From Vicugna vicugna (lineage: Eukaryota), in contig MU058687.1 in NCBI GenBank assembly GCA_013265495.1, positions 5,392,093 through 5,456,092 of the forward strand: a stretch of 64,000 nt of DNA. Direction: 5' to 3'. The notes under the pieces are model-generated. The model ran no database searches. It saw nothing but the letters and a program-made list of their open reading frames with translations, and was not told the DNA's origin. Positions within the stretch are counted from its first letter, which is position 1. Each line of letters starts with the position of its first letter. A program made the translations under genes and the position numbers. Below are positions 38,402 through 52,130 of the stretch, in pieces.

Positions 38402-41115
38402 GGCTGCAACTAGAATATTTAAACTGCTAAACATAACTTTATTGTTCCTGTTTTTAACAGCTCTAAAGAGAAAAAGTTTTTCCTCCAGTAACACATGACA
38501 ACATTTGACCATTTCACTCTCAGGAGACAATCCCTTCTAGTTTACAAATCAACCACTTCCTTTTGCTCTGCCTTCTACAGGAACAGACACTAGTGTATTT
38601 TTGCCCTTTATGATATTCCTCCATACTCTAAGTGACTTTATGTCACGGTTGAATTTCGTTAAGATGAATAATTCTCACTCATTTAGTCTCTTTATTACAG
38701 GACCAATTTCTAGTTATGATCATCTTTCTAGTTTTCCTCTGAAATCCCGCTATAGCTGCAAAACTCAGAAATAATTCCAGATTTCAAATAAACTGGTGTT
38801 TTTCAAGGTCTAAACAAAATGGAGAAATATATGGGTAAGTGCTGTGTGATTTTCAAAATTAACAATTAATCTTTAACTTAAAATACTTGTATGAATTTAG
38901 TCAAAATTCCTCTAACATTAGCAGTGATTATACATTCTACAGGTGTTCCGATCAATTCCACAAAGTTGCCTTGAGTCATCCAAATAGACTGTCAAAAAAC
39001 TGATAATAACATTTGTAACTTTTATACTTAGAACTCAATCTACAAGGGAGTATAACAAATTGAAACAACAAGTATTTACTAAGAGATGGTAGACAAGATT
39101 TTTGCATAACAACAAATGCAGGGGACATAGGGACCTCTAGTCTATTTATGAAGATTATAAAAATTACAGATACACTTACCCTAAACTCTGGAAGGTTTTA
39201 CGCCAACCTGATTGATTACTCTGAAACCACAACTAGATTACTTCATTACAGGATGGCCAACAGAGGTGATGCTATCCACCTACCTCCCAGATGACAGTTG
39301 CATCACCTCACCTGATTCCCCAGTTGAAAAATGTCTCCAATATTGTCAAATGCTCCCTGGGAAACAGAATCAACCCCAGCTGAAAACACTCCATTTAGAA
39401 CAAGCACAAATTATAATTAATAAAACCAATTGTTGAAATGGGATGATTTAAGAAACATAGAATAGAGCTAATGCCTCTTTGACATTGGTCTTGCTTTAAA
39501 GGAAATCATGAACGTTGTAAGGCAGGCCAATGTGGACTCCTTTTAACAGAAGGGGAAAGACTTCTTTATACGAACTATTGAAAGGTTATTTTTAATCAGC
39601 CAATTTTATGACTCATCTCTAGCCTCTGTTTTGTATCTCTTCAACACTTCTTAATTTAGTCTTCTGAGGATGAGGATTTTAAAGCCAATCCTTGATTTAT
39701 ACGGATTACACCGACATTCAGGGCAGGTGTGCCTCTGCAGCAGTTCTATTCATATATGTATCTAGATCATACGGAGGCGATGTTTCTGCATTAGATATTA
39801 ACGGTTTCATTAATTTAAGTGGCCAGCAGGCATATTTTTAATTCCCTGGGTGATTTAGAAGTGGAGGTAAGGAGAAAAGGACTTAAGAAAAAGCCAGCTG
39901 GGATATGGTTTCCCTGTTTCACCCTCAAATGGGATCTCTGTTCTTTCTACAGCAGAAAAAGTAAAACTAAGTGATATTGGTCAACAGACTCTCAACAGCA
40001 ATAAGATAGCATGATCTTCAAGAGAAATAGAAACTTTGTGAAGCAGATTTTCAGCCCTTTACTTTCAAAACAATAAAGTATATAAGCACACACAAAAAAT
40101 TGTAAATCCATCAATTGAATGGATTTTTGTGAATCTTTGTAGAAATGACACCATCTGAGCTCCTGGAATTCAAGAAGCTTCTACTTGCACTGTGATTTCT
40201 CTTCAAATCATATAATTTTTCAAAATAATACCAGGGGTTACATGATACCCTCTAGACATCTCTCCTATTTGTATGAGGATAAAAAATTTCAACTCTGCTT
40301 TCAGAACTAAAAAATCCTTACAACCCCGAAAGATAGTGCATTTCAGTCTTCCTCCTATTACCAAGTGAAGGTGAAACTTAACAGCTGGCTTTCCCTCCCA
40401 ATACCTTCAGCCAGTAACTCATTTCTGCCCATCCTACCAAGATAATGCATGTACAAACAAATATGGGCATGTGTTTACTGTTATTATTTTTAATCAGGTA
40501 TCATTTGTGAGAGTATGTAGGCAAAGTTGTGGTAACCTTCCTGTTCCTGGCATCATAACCACTCCTTCCAAGGCAAAGGATGCAAGCCCGGCCCCATCTC
40601 TTGTACCAGCAAGTCAAGGGTTTCTGCTAAGGATCTCTTTCATAGTCATGCAAAACTGACTGAGTACAAGAAACTCTGTAGACTGAAAGCAGAGGGGGCC
40701 AGGTCTTGTTGCCAGAGATGTGCATTCTTGCCCCTCCTGATTAAGCGTTTTGCTCTTTTGATTGAAGGAGATTCAGCAGGTGAGAAAAGCTACCCTTGAA
40801 ATGTCATCTCTTAAGAGGAAGCTGACAATGCTAATAGTTCAAGCACAGGTTGATTGATGAGACTGTCCCAGCCTGAGAGGCTGGCAATCTTCGTCATTGT
40901 CAGGATCAGGTGAGCAGTTTCACCTGCCAAAATTTGCCTCTCCCTCCCCCTCCTCCTACCCCACCCAAAAAGAGAGAGGAGTTCTACTGTTACTGGAAAT
41001 AGAAGTCTCACATGATTCGAGTTTTGTTGACTGCAGGTCCAAGGACTTTGGCTCACAAATTGGGAGAGTTCTCCACCAGTTTTTCTCAGTCAATAACGTA
41101 GCATAAAGGAGAATA

Positions 41116-42020
41116 CAGGGGTAATTCCAGGTTTTATGAGTTCTGAATTTCTATAATTTGGGAAAGCCCTTTTTAAGAAAAAGAATACATAGTTACAAAT
41201 ACAAAAATTAGGTACAAAAGTTGAGTAGTTATTCAGAATGCTGAAAAGACAGCACCACAAATTACAACTTTTAAAAAGAGTGAGAAATACCATAAACATC
41301 ACAAAATTCAGAAAACAGCACAGAACTCCTCTAATTGCCTGATACATTTCTTACATTTTGTGACACTGTATTTTTTATCATCTCTTCATAACAATATTGT
41401 CATATAATTTTCTGCAGAGAATAAAAGATAAGTCTTTTCTGTAAATCTGCAAATAGAAAAAAAAATTCTTATTATTGATTGTTCAGAAGATTTTTTTCAG
41501 GTTTACAATCCATTAAGGTTAATGTAAAGTTTTAGGAGGAATGTAAATTTTCTATCATAGAAAAGCTGTTAAGACTGGAATCTCCAGAAGTGAGCTTCTG
41601 ATTTTATACATTTCCAGTCTTAATTTTCCTCCACAACCATATCTCTTAGTCCTCTGGTCCTCTACCTTCCTATCATAATACCAGCTGATTTCTCATGGAG
41701 GGCAGCATTCCTAGAAGCAATCCCATACCAGGACGGTTAGCAATAACTTAGTGATGCACAAGTGACTGCAAATAACAAATACATCCTATTAAACCTAACC
41801 TAAATGCATTTTTACTAAAAATGTCTGCTTCTGTCCAGCACACCAAACACAAGAAGTCTGAAAGAATAAAAGTCAGGATGTAAAGAGACAGTTGTTTTAA
41901 CCAATTGTGGTTAATACATGTCACTTATGAAAATTTTGCAAAAATATATCACTGTGTAAACACATTGCAAGTGAAGAGCCTGAGGCTTAGCTTCATGAAC
42001 ATCCCACAAATCTGCCTTGC
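41116..42020. mobile_element. Probable hAT-family DNA transposon remnant (Tip100/Zaphod-like)
   Basis: Termini caggggtaattccaggttttatgag... and ...gcttagcttcatgaacatcccacaaatctgccttg, recognised from memory. Confidence 0.45.
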
Positions 42021-43139
42021 GGAGAACTCTAAAGGCTAGACCTTCTGTCTAGTTCTGTCCCATTCCCATTCCTTCCTTATTTTCCCCACGTACTTCACAA
42101 CCACTTGCAGCACAAAATGACTGGCAAGAAAGTTAGTTATGTAGTTTCCATCAGGGAAATTTTTAATAGTAGAATGACTATATTAATTGTAAGTGGAAGA
42201 TACTGTGAGGATGTAAGTACACACTCATTAAACACACAGGATCTCAGGAATAAGATAATGCAAAGACACAGACACAAAGTAGTTGAAAACAGAAGTACAC
42301 AAAGACAACTTCATTCTGTACACATTTATTTAACTGCAGGTGTTATGTACTTGCTGATCCGAGTACTGTACTCTGTGTTAGAGATTAAAATATGATGGCA
42401 ATCTGGACTTTGGGCCTCTGAGGGACTCTCATCTTAAAGATAATGTGCATAATCAAATTCCCATGTGTAAAAGATGGCAAGAGATAAGAATAGACAATGT
42501 AAGAAAAACTGTGACCAAAACAAATGTGTGAACATATATTTAAAAAACAGTAATTAACAAAATATAAATTAAATCAGTTCATGACATTATTTTTCACTTA
42601 GAAAATTACAAGTATTTTTTTAAAGGCAGAAGTTAATCCTGGTGAGGGTATACGAAGATGACAACTCTAACGTCATGTTAGTAAGAGTGTTAATTGATAT
42701 AAATATTGTAGTAGATTGAATAATGGGCCAAAAGATACCTAGGTCTAAAATGAACAATTATTTCTACTTTTAAAACCATCCTAAGAAATAATCAAAGATG
42801 TAAAAAGAAAAAAAGTGGAGAAGTGCTGTTCATAGTAACTTTATTTCTAATGGTAAAACAGTAGATAAAAGCTGCATGTCCAACAATAAGGGGTAATAAA
42901 TGATAGTATATAATACAAAAATATTTTATAGTCATGGATTTTGTTGAGGAATATTCATGCCATAGCATAAATGAAGATATTTTAAGTAGGTCATAAAACT
43001 TTATATGTATGAAAAATTTTACCAAATCAGGCTCCTCACAGTGTGCTGTGATAATAATAATGGAAAAGGTGGAAAAACATGACTGTGCAACAATAAATTA
43101 TAGTCTACCACATGATGGGATATTTCAGAACTATACCAG

Positions 43140-43625
43140 GGACTAACACTTACATATTCTACCTTTATTCCTTAATAACATAACCCTATTCTACTCCCAA
43201 ATAAAATACTACATTTCCCAACCTCCTTTTCAGCTAGGTGATCATGAGACTATATTCTGGCCAATGAGATAAACAGCAAATATTCATTGGGTGGAACTTC
43301 TGAGAACATTCTGTTAAAGGTCAGATAGCTGGTAGATTTTCTTTCTCCCATTCTTCTATTTATGCTTCAAATGAGGTCAAGATGGTTAGAGTTCTGGGAG
43401 CCACTTCAGACTCTGTGACAAACTTAAGGACAGAAAACAACACATGCCAAGTCTAACAGAACAGAAATATTAAAATGTCCTGGGTCCCTAATGACCATAG
43501 AAATACCAAACAAGCACTAGAGTGATTATTTCTGAATTTATTTAATATGATAGTGATATAAACCTCTCTCAGATTTAAGCCACTGGTCTGAGTTTGCTGT
43601 TACTGTTATATGCATCTAGACTTAA
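43140..43625 (+). mobile_element. MLT1-type LTR remnant
   Basis: actacatttcccaacctcc...ttctggccaatgagataaa...gggtccctaatgacc...tttaagccactg. Confidence 0.65.
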
Positions 43626-43629
43626 ACTT

Positions 43630-44712
43630 AAGTAACATTATAGTTATTTTCAAATTGTATTTGGTGATATTGCCGAAATAGGTAATTCAAGCAAATCTCC
43701 CCATTGAAAATAACAGGAAAGTTAGACAAAATATTTTTAAAAGATTTCCTGAAGCTATGAGATCTAGGAAGATAGCAAAAAGTTACATAGCAAAGATTTA
43801 GGAGAAAATGTCTGAGAGAGCTGTATCTGGCATTTGGAGCCACTTTAATTGTAAAAGTGTTGGCAGAGTCTAAAAATGCAGCTAAGAGGTTAAGAACTTA
43901 AACAGAGTTTTTTGAAAAACTTTTAGGCTAGAGAGATAAAAGTTAAAATTCAAGACCCCGAAGTTTTATATGAAGACCTCAAAAAGCTTCATCGTAAGAG
44001 TAAGAATAAATCAGAAATATACCAACTCTCACAGGGAATAAAGATAAAACCCTATAATGAGATTAAGGTTATCCTAGATTGTTTGTGCCCCTGGCTACAT
44101 GTCAAACAAATGTAAAGCCCTGCCTAGGAAAAGTTACATTATCCTAGTTTTTAATTTATTTCCACAGTTATTTATATACACTAACTTATGCTCAAACAAA
44201 AATAAGGAGACACACAAAAAAAGACCAGAACTGTGATTGGGTTAGGGGGCTGGAATGATCATCAATAAATACAGCAATCATATATCTAGATAATACTGTT
44301 ATCAACAATAAATGTTGAATCAAATATTTAGATAACAGCCTTTAAAACTATGCTGAATATGTGCAAGGAAACAAAATTAAAGATGGGGAATATTTCCAAA
44401 GAAAAAAGGAACCTGAAATTGTAAAATAAATGAGTCGAATCAAAATTTCAGAAAGCAAAAATATAATAATTAAAATTAAGAATTCAATGGATAAACTTAA
44501 GAACAACTAAGTTGCAGTTGAGGAGAGAATTAGAGAATTCTAAGACAATTGGGTGGAAGCACACATTTTTAAAAGCATGAAAAATACCAAAAAAAAAATT
44601 AAGAGAATAAGAGACTTAGGAGATACATTAAGAAGTCCTAACATATCTTTGGGGTTACTAGAAGAAGAGAAGCTAAGAGCTGAGAATATTCCAAAATTGA
44701 TGAAAATGTCAC
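43630..44712 (+). mobile_element. Old L1/HAL1-like 5' UTR-ORF1 remnant
   Basis: ORF 44553-44765 contains IRDLGDTLRSPNISLGLLEEE..AENIPKLMK, resembling L1 ORF1p. Confidence 0.7.
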
Positions 44713-45007
44713 AGCTTGTTAAGTTCATCATTTCTCTTATATGTAACTTGCTTGGAGCTTGCTGAAATTCTTCAATCTCTGGAGTGACATTTTTCATATT
44801 TTGGAAACTTCTTGCCCATTGTATCTTTAAATATTGCTTAAGTCTCATTCTCTTGTTCTTTTTTATTGGAGACTCATATATTGGACAGTGACTTTTAAGT
44901 CTCTTAAACTCTTATACATTCATTTCCATTTCCATTGACTTGTCTTTGAGTTTACCAATCTTATCTAGCATGTACAATCTAATATTAAGCCATTCCACTA
45001 AGTTCTT

Positions 45008-45236
45008 TTCTTAAAATTTTTATATATATTTTATTGAGTTACAGTCAGTTTACAATGTTGTGTCAATTTCTGGTGTACAGCACAACTTTTCAGTTATACA
45101 TGAATATGCATATATTCATTCTCATGTTCTTTTTCACCATGAGCTACTACAAGATCTTGAATATATTTCCCCGTGCTACACATTATGAACTTGTTTATGT
45201 ATTCTATATATACCTGTCAGTATCTACAAATCTCGA
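45008..45236 (-). mobile_element. Short young L1 3' end nested in an older L1
   Basis: Shares tacaatgttgtgtcaatttctggtgtacagca with the copy at ~36282. Degenerate TSD tccactaagttctt (44994-45007) / tccactgtgttctt (45237-45250). Confidence 0.75.
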
Positions 45237-46085
45237 TCCACTGTGTTCTTAATTTCAGATACCATTTCTCTTTATTTCAGATCCATAATATCCACTTGGA
45301 AATTTTTAGATTATATTTATCTATTGAAACGCTCCATCTTTTCATCAAATTTACTAATTTTTTTCTATTTCCATAACAAACTTTAATAATCATTGTGAAG
45401 TCCTTGTCTCCTAATTCCAGCATCTAGATCATCTAGGGATCTGCGATATGTACTTCTCTTTGATTATAGGTCACATTTTCTTCCTTCTTCATAGGTTGTA
45501 GAATTGTTATATACGCCAGCGAGGACAATAGAGACTCGAGTCAACGCTGTGTTCCTTCAGAGAGGGCATGCCTTTTCCCTTTCTGACAGACAGGATGACT
45601 AGCAGATCATTTTGAGGTAACTAGGAATTGAGCTGGGTGGAAGTGGAGTTGCCACTTTAGTTAAACAATTTAGCCACAAAGGTGTGAGCTCTTCTCTGTT
45701 CAGACAAAACCTCTCCATCCTGCAGAACTTTGGCTTCTAAACATTGTGACATAGTTTTTACTGAGTATTTTAGCCCAATCTCCCTACTGCACAACCCTAG
45801 ACAAGAGTCCTGTAGAGAAATATGGTAGGAGGAAAAAGCTATGCATTTAGCACTCATCCCATTTCCAGGTGGCTATGCCATGCCTCTGTTAAAAGTCCCT
45901 ATTTCTCTTTCCCTCAGCAATGTCTGCCTGTCTGTATTAAACTTTAGCCTATGATTAGACTAAATAAAAGCCCCCAGAGAGAAAGATATTTGCCTAATTT
46001 TCCCATCTAGCAGGTCTCCTCAATTTCTGGAAATTGATTCCTCTAGACCTCTACACATTCACAATTTTCTGATGATTATTAAAGA

Positions 46086-46089
<4 letters not shown>

Positions 46090-46124
<35 letters not shown>
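46090..46124. repeat. (TG)n microsatellite
   Basis: Directly visible. Confidence 0.95.
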
Positions 46125-46127
<3 letters not shown>

Positions 46128-47319
46128 AAAGTTTTAATACATTCAGGTTTTTCTAGTTATTGCAGAAGAAACAGTGTTCTGCTACTACCTTATATATCTT
46201 AAAGGAAAGCAGAAGTTCTTATAACTATAAAATAACTTAGTTCAATTAAATTTTTTCCATTCAGAAAACTCCATACATAGTTGACTTTGTGGCATGTTTA
46301 TTCAATGGACTATTGCACAACAGTGAAAATAAATAAACTGCTGTCCCACATACCAGGTAGATGCATCTCACAAACATAACCTAGAACAGAACAATTTGCC
46401 AGACCCAAAGGAATACATGTTATTTAATTTAAGCAAATGTTTAAAAAACAAGCAAAACAAAGTATAATATTCTAAGTCCAAATAGAAATGTTTGGAGAAG
46501 AGGAGAAGATAGCCATAGAAGAGAATTCGAGAGTCATATAGGTGTTTGCAATACTCTATTTGTTAACAGGTAATAATTACATAGGTGCTTTGTGATTACT
46601 CTTTTAGCTATATGCATTCCTATTACGTTAAGATGTTTGCCCATTCAGGTAAGTGAATAGTGACTGCGTTTCTCTAATGCAGTGACTAGAAGATAATCAT
46701 CAACATAGCAATGCTCATTTCTGGGTGCTGAGGTTACAGATTATTTATTTTAATTTTTATTGCATCATTACACTATTAATCTCTTTTTTAAAAAATAAGA
46801 TGTTACATTCATCTATACTAAGGAAAAAATCAACGTGACTTTTAAAACTAAAAAACAACTACTTCAGGACTGAATGTCTCAGAGGGTGTTGAAGCCATTA
46901 GTCAATATGGACAATAATAAATGGAAAGGGGAAGGTTTGAGCAAAGAAAATCCTGCATATAGCTTTGCTTTGTGGAGGTTGAGGTGGCAAAATAGGCAAG
47001 TCAATCAAAAAGGAAAATTCAGTCAAAGCTGAAGGTATAGATTTAGGTCTTGCCAAAAGAAACATGACAATTTACTGTGGAAACAGAGAAAAATTTAAAG
47101 GAAAATTATAGAGAACTATGAATTGTAAATCTATGTGCCAAATTTTCATTAAACAACAAAAGTTTTTGATTATGACTAGATTGACTATGCAGAGAGAAGT
47201 CTTCACTTTTGGATATCTCCATTTTAAATACTTTTATTAACTACCTGGGTAAATATACATTCCCTAGAACATTGCCTCATACATGGTAGTTTTAAGTTAG
47301 TAAATGTTTGATTAATCAA

Positions 47320-47980
47320 AAAAGTATTAACCAAATTTGCTGATGAGACAAATCCAGGAAGCAAAGTAAATACACAATTGCCAGAATCTGAAGTCAAAAG
47401 ATCTCAAAAGGCTAGAATAATGTAAAAATGTGAAGTCCCACATATAGTTTTTAAAAATTTAACTTTTCACAAGTACAGGATGAGAAAAATCTTATTACAT
47501 AGACCTTTATGTGAAAAAGACTTAAAGGTTTCAAATGACAAGTAGCCCAGTTTAAATTAATGAGGTGTACAAGGCTACAAAAACCCAGGTCAATTTCAGG
47601 CTATATCAATAAATGTCGTGGCCCAAACAAGAAAGTTAATAGTCCCATCAGACATTTTGCTGGCCAGAACAAATTGGAATGTTGTGCTCAGTTCTGGCTG
47701 CATGTCCAGGGGAAGGGAGCCAAAATGGTGAGGCATCTGGAAACCTGATTTAAGGATGGTTGACTTTTGGAAAAGAAGAAGCCTAAAAGAAGACAACTGT
47801 CTCTGAGTACTTAAAAAGCTGTCATGTGTAAGAAGGATTTGATTTTCTATGAAACTTTATAGACCAAATAAAGAGTAAGTGCTGAATACTACACAGCTTA
47901 ATGTAAAGACATAGATTATAAAGTAGACATGCCCAAAATTAGAATGGGTTATTTGTGAGAATGCTCAGTCACTGAAACTT
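47320..47980 (+). mobile_element. CR1/L3 LINE remnant
   Basis: aaatttgctgatgagacaaa (KFADxTK RT motif) and tggaatgttgtgctcagttctgg. Confidence 0.7.
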
Positions 47981-47989
47981 TCATTTTTG

Positions 47990-50900
47990 TATTATCATGT
48001 TGAAACATTTCATAAAATGGTACATTAAACAAATCTCAACAGTTTAAACAATGATAATATAAAATCCCATGTATTTAGCACTAAGGTTAAGGGGGAAAAA
48101 ATAACAGTATTTTAAAAGTCCTTGTGGGATAGAAATATCTTGAACTTGTATAAATCATGTCTTTCTTTTTCTTGTAGTTTTATCATCTATGTAGGTTTTC
48201 CTAAATAAAATATATTCAGTATTAAACTTTATAGGAACTAATCCTGCTGTATACATTACTCTGTCTCATGTTTTTCTCCTTAACTTGAAGCTTTGCTGTT
48301 TCTCCACGCTGATGCTAAAGCTGATGCATGGAGATGGTTCATTTATTTTCACTACTGAATAGCACTCCATTTGTATGGATACATCAGAATGTACTGGTCT
48401 AAAACTTATGGTTACCAGGGGGTAACAGGGGTAGGAAGGGATAAATTGGGAATTTGAAAATTGCACCTCTTGGGGAGTGATGGAAATATTAGCTATCTTG
48501 ATTGTGGTAGTGGTTTCATTGGTTTCATCTATCAAAATTCATCAAATTATACATTTGAAATATGTGTAGTTTACAGTACAGGAAACATACCACAATAAAG
48601 ATGTTAAAATAAAATAACAAAATAAAATAAAATAAAATAAAATAAAATAAAATCAAGTTACTAAGTTCAACTTAGTTCAACAAGTCACACAGTTCACCGT
48701 TACTAGGTAACGCCAAATGGTTCCGATGTGATCATGCCAATTTACCTTCCTGTCAGGTAAGGATCAAGTTTCCATTGCTTCAAGTTATCACCATCCCTTG
48801 CTATTTTCAGACTTTTAAAGCTGTCCATCTAGTAGGTGTGAAATGTATCTAGTTGTGATTTTACTCTCTTATTCCCTTAATACAAATGAGGATAAGTGGC
48901 TTTCATATGTTTATAAACCATTTGTGTTTCATTTTGTAAGACCTCTTTATGGCTTTTTTCCCCTATTTTTTTCCCTTTGAGTTCTTATCATTTTGTTATT
49001 GATATCTGGGTATTAATCCCTCTGTGGTTGTTTGTTTTGTAATGATCCTTTCCTAAAATGTCTTGTCATTTTGCATTCTTTATGGAATTTTGTAATGTTA
49101 ATTTAACATCTTTAAATATTTATTTCGTTCTATTTGTTAGTACTTTCCTTTATAGTTTACCTTTATGAAACTCTTTAAAGAACTCCTTTCTTACCCTAAG
49201 TTAATAATATCTTCTTCTTTATTGAATCGTAAAGTTTTCTCTAGCTTTGCCTGTGGCATTTTTTCTTTATTTCATCTGGAACGGGTGGTTGTTTATGGTG
49301 TATGTTTATTTTATCGTTTTCATGTAATAATCACCGATATAAAAGATCAACATTTAATAAATTGTTTCCATATATGCATGAGTGTGTGAGAACTCTCTGT
49401 TCCATTTGTAAATGGGTCTATCTCTGCATATATATCATTTTTCTTTATTATTACAGCCTTTTTATTAAAGACATGTGAGACAGGGCAAGATGTCCTCATG
49501 CACACACACACATGCTGGCTTTCTTCTTTAGGAGTATGGGGCCTTAGTTTCTTGGATATTTACTCTACTGCATAAATTTTATAACACACTTATCAAATTC
49601 CCTGAAAACAGAATGATATAATACAAGAAATCTTATTGAGGTTTTATAGATGACTCCTTTTAACCTATAAATCAACTTGGAAAGAAGTGACAACTTTATA
49701 CCAATTCTTCCTATCCAAGAACATTATTTAAGGCTTTTTTTTCCACCATTTTTCAACTAAAAATTTTTATCATAGAAATTTTAAACACTTCTTGATAGAT
49801 TTGTTCACAGTCACACCTTTTGCTATTGTTTTAATAGAGCATTTATATCCAACGCCTCTGGTGCATCATTTCATGACCTCTTGACCCCATCTCTTATTCC
49901 AATCCTGCTGCCATGATAATTTCTAAACAAATCTGACCAGTTTTATTACATGCAACACTACATACATACGGTGCCTTTCTTCATATTCCACACGGGCTAA
50001 TGCCTCTCTGTGCCTCTCTAACGCGTAGAAGACACCCATGGAGACTCATCACACTCATCTGTAGGCATCTGGCTTTCTTTTTTTTTCTTATTTATTCCCC
50101 CCCGTCTCACAACTGCTACACGCAATCACATTCTCAATTTACCTAACTGCACATAAACCTTTGTTTCAGGAACTGCTTCTAAAAAAACTCATGCTAGGAC
50201 AGTATTTTAAATTAAATTAGCTGGTTGTTGCTGATGTATAGGGATGCAATTGACCTTTTTTTTTTAACACTAGCAACAATTTCACCATTTGAGTTTCAAG
50301 TGATAGGTGCTTTATATGTATTATCCATTTTAATACACACAGACTCTATTATGTAGTTAAATTATTATAACTAATAAATTTTAGAATAAGACTTATGTAC
50401 CTAGCAATGTTGCTAAATTCATATTAATTGTAATAATATTTCTATAGAATCTTCAGAATTTTCTCTATACACAGTTTTTGACTTTATCCTGATTTAAAAG
50501 GGAATGCTTTCAACATTTCACAGTTAAATATGATGCTTATTACTGTACGGTTTTTGTAGATTCTCACATTAAATTAAGGAAAGTTTCTTTTATTGCTAAT
50601 TTAAGAGTTTTTATTTTAAATCAATATTTAGTTCCACCAAATACTTTTTTTTAAACCTGTTTAGTAATTTGACATTTGATTTTCTCTACTCTGTTAATGT
50701 GATCATGTGTTTGACTGATATTAGACTGTCACCAAGCTAAATCTACTCTGGTCATGATGATCTCTTTTATACATGACTTGATTTCACTCGTGTTATTCTG
50801 TGTCTAGGTTTAATAATAAGATTGGCCTAGTACTTTTTAATAGTTTTGCCTGGTATTCAGTATCAAGGTAATATTAGTCTCTTTAGATGAGCTGGAGAAT

Positions 50901-52130
50901 GATCCTTTTCCTTCATAAGTTTGTAAAGTTTAGAATTATCTTTTCATTCAAAATTTAGTATAACTTGCTCAAAAAGCCATCTGATCATGGTGCTTCTTTT
51001 GTGAAAAGATTTTAAAACTCTGATTTATCTTTCTTAATAGTCATACAGTTAGTCATACATTGTGTTTCTTGGGTCAGTTTCAGAAGTTGTATTTTCCTAT
51101 AATTCATTTACTTCACCTAGGATTTCAAATATGCCAGCATAGGTTACTTCTAATATTTTCTTAATGTGCATAACATCTGGCCCCTCTTTCATATATAATA
51201 TTGTTTATTTGTAATTTCCACTAGATTTTTCTTAACTAATCTTATCAGAGTTCTATCTAATTTATTAGTATTTTTCAAACAACCAACTTCTGGTTTTGTT
51301 GATTTTTGATCTCTTTCCTCGTTTTTATTTTATTGTTATTATTTGATTCCTTCATTTTTTTCAGTATTATTTTGCTGTTCTAACTCTTTAAGGTCAATGC
51401 TTAAAATGCTTGTCTCATTAATTTTCAACCTTTCCACTTTAAGGCTAACAATTTCCCTCTAACACCACTTCAAATACATAACGAAGTTTTGCCAGTAGGA
51501 TTTTTATTATTATTATATTTTCAGTATTTTCTAAATTTATTATTTATACTTTGATCCATGAGAATATTTAGTAATATATATTTTAATTTTCGATCTTTGT
51601 TTTCTATTTTTAAGAGGTTAATGATCTCTAACTTGATGGCATTGTGATCAGATGATGTGGTGTTTATGCTACCAACCCTTTGAAATTTGTCATGGCTAAC
51701 TTTATGGTATAGCACATGGTCAGTTTTCATGTATGTGTCATGGTGCTTGAAAAGAATGTTTGCTCTCCAATCAATAGATGCAATGTTCTACATACATGAA
51801 TTAGAACAAGTTTTCTGACTTTGCTGTTCAAATCTTCTATACACATAGATATAAAAGTATCCTAGCTGGCTTGTGCTATCAAAGACTAAGAGATCTATCA
51901 CCAACGTTGATGGTATTTTGTGCACATTTCCTACAATTCTGTCAGTCTTTGATGTAAATATTCGAGGTAATGATGTACATACAAATTGAGAATATTTTCC
52001 CTTTTGATGAATTTAGCCTTTCATCATTTTCAGTGTTTCTCAAAATCACAAGTACTTTTTGCCTTCATACTTACTTCAGATGACATTGATATTAATATAG
52101 CAGCTTTCCTTTGGTTAGCATTTGATTTGA
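47990..52130 (-). mobile_element. Fragmented old L1 (L1ME-like) with nested insertions
   Basis: ORF 51521-51730 reads KTDHVLYHK..SDHNAIKLEI, the L1 endonuclease C-terminal motif; T-rich antisense L1 texture throughout. Confidence 0.75.
48605..48653. repeat. (TAAAA)n pentamer repeat (retroposon tail)
   Basis: Directly visible. Confidence 0.9.

Larger units (their letters stand above)
44715..46215 (-). mobile_element. Old L1/HAL1-like 5' UTR-ORF1 remnant in opposite orientation
   Basis: Minus-strand translation ...FQNMKNVTPEIEEFQQAPSKL is ORF1p-like; inverted similarity to 44400-44712. Confidence 0.6.
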
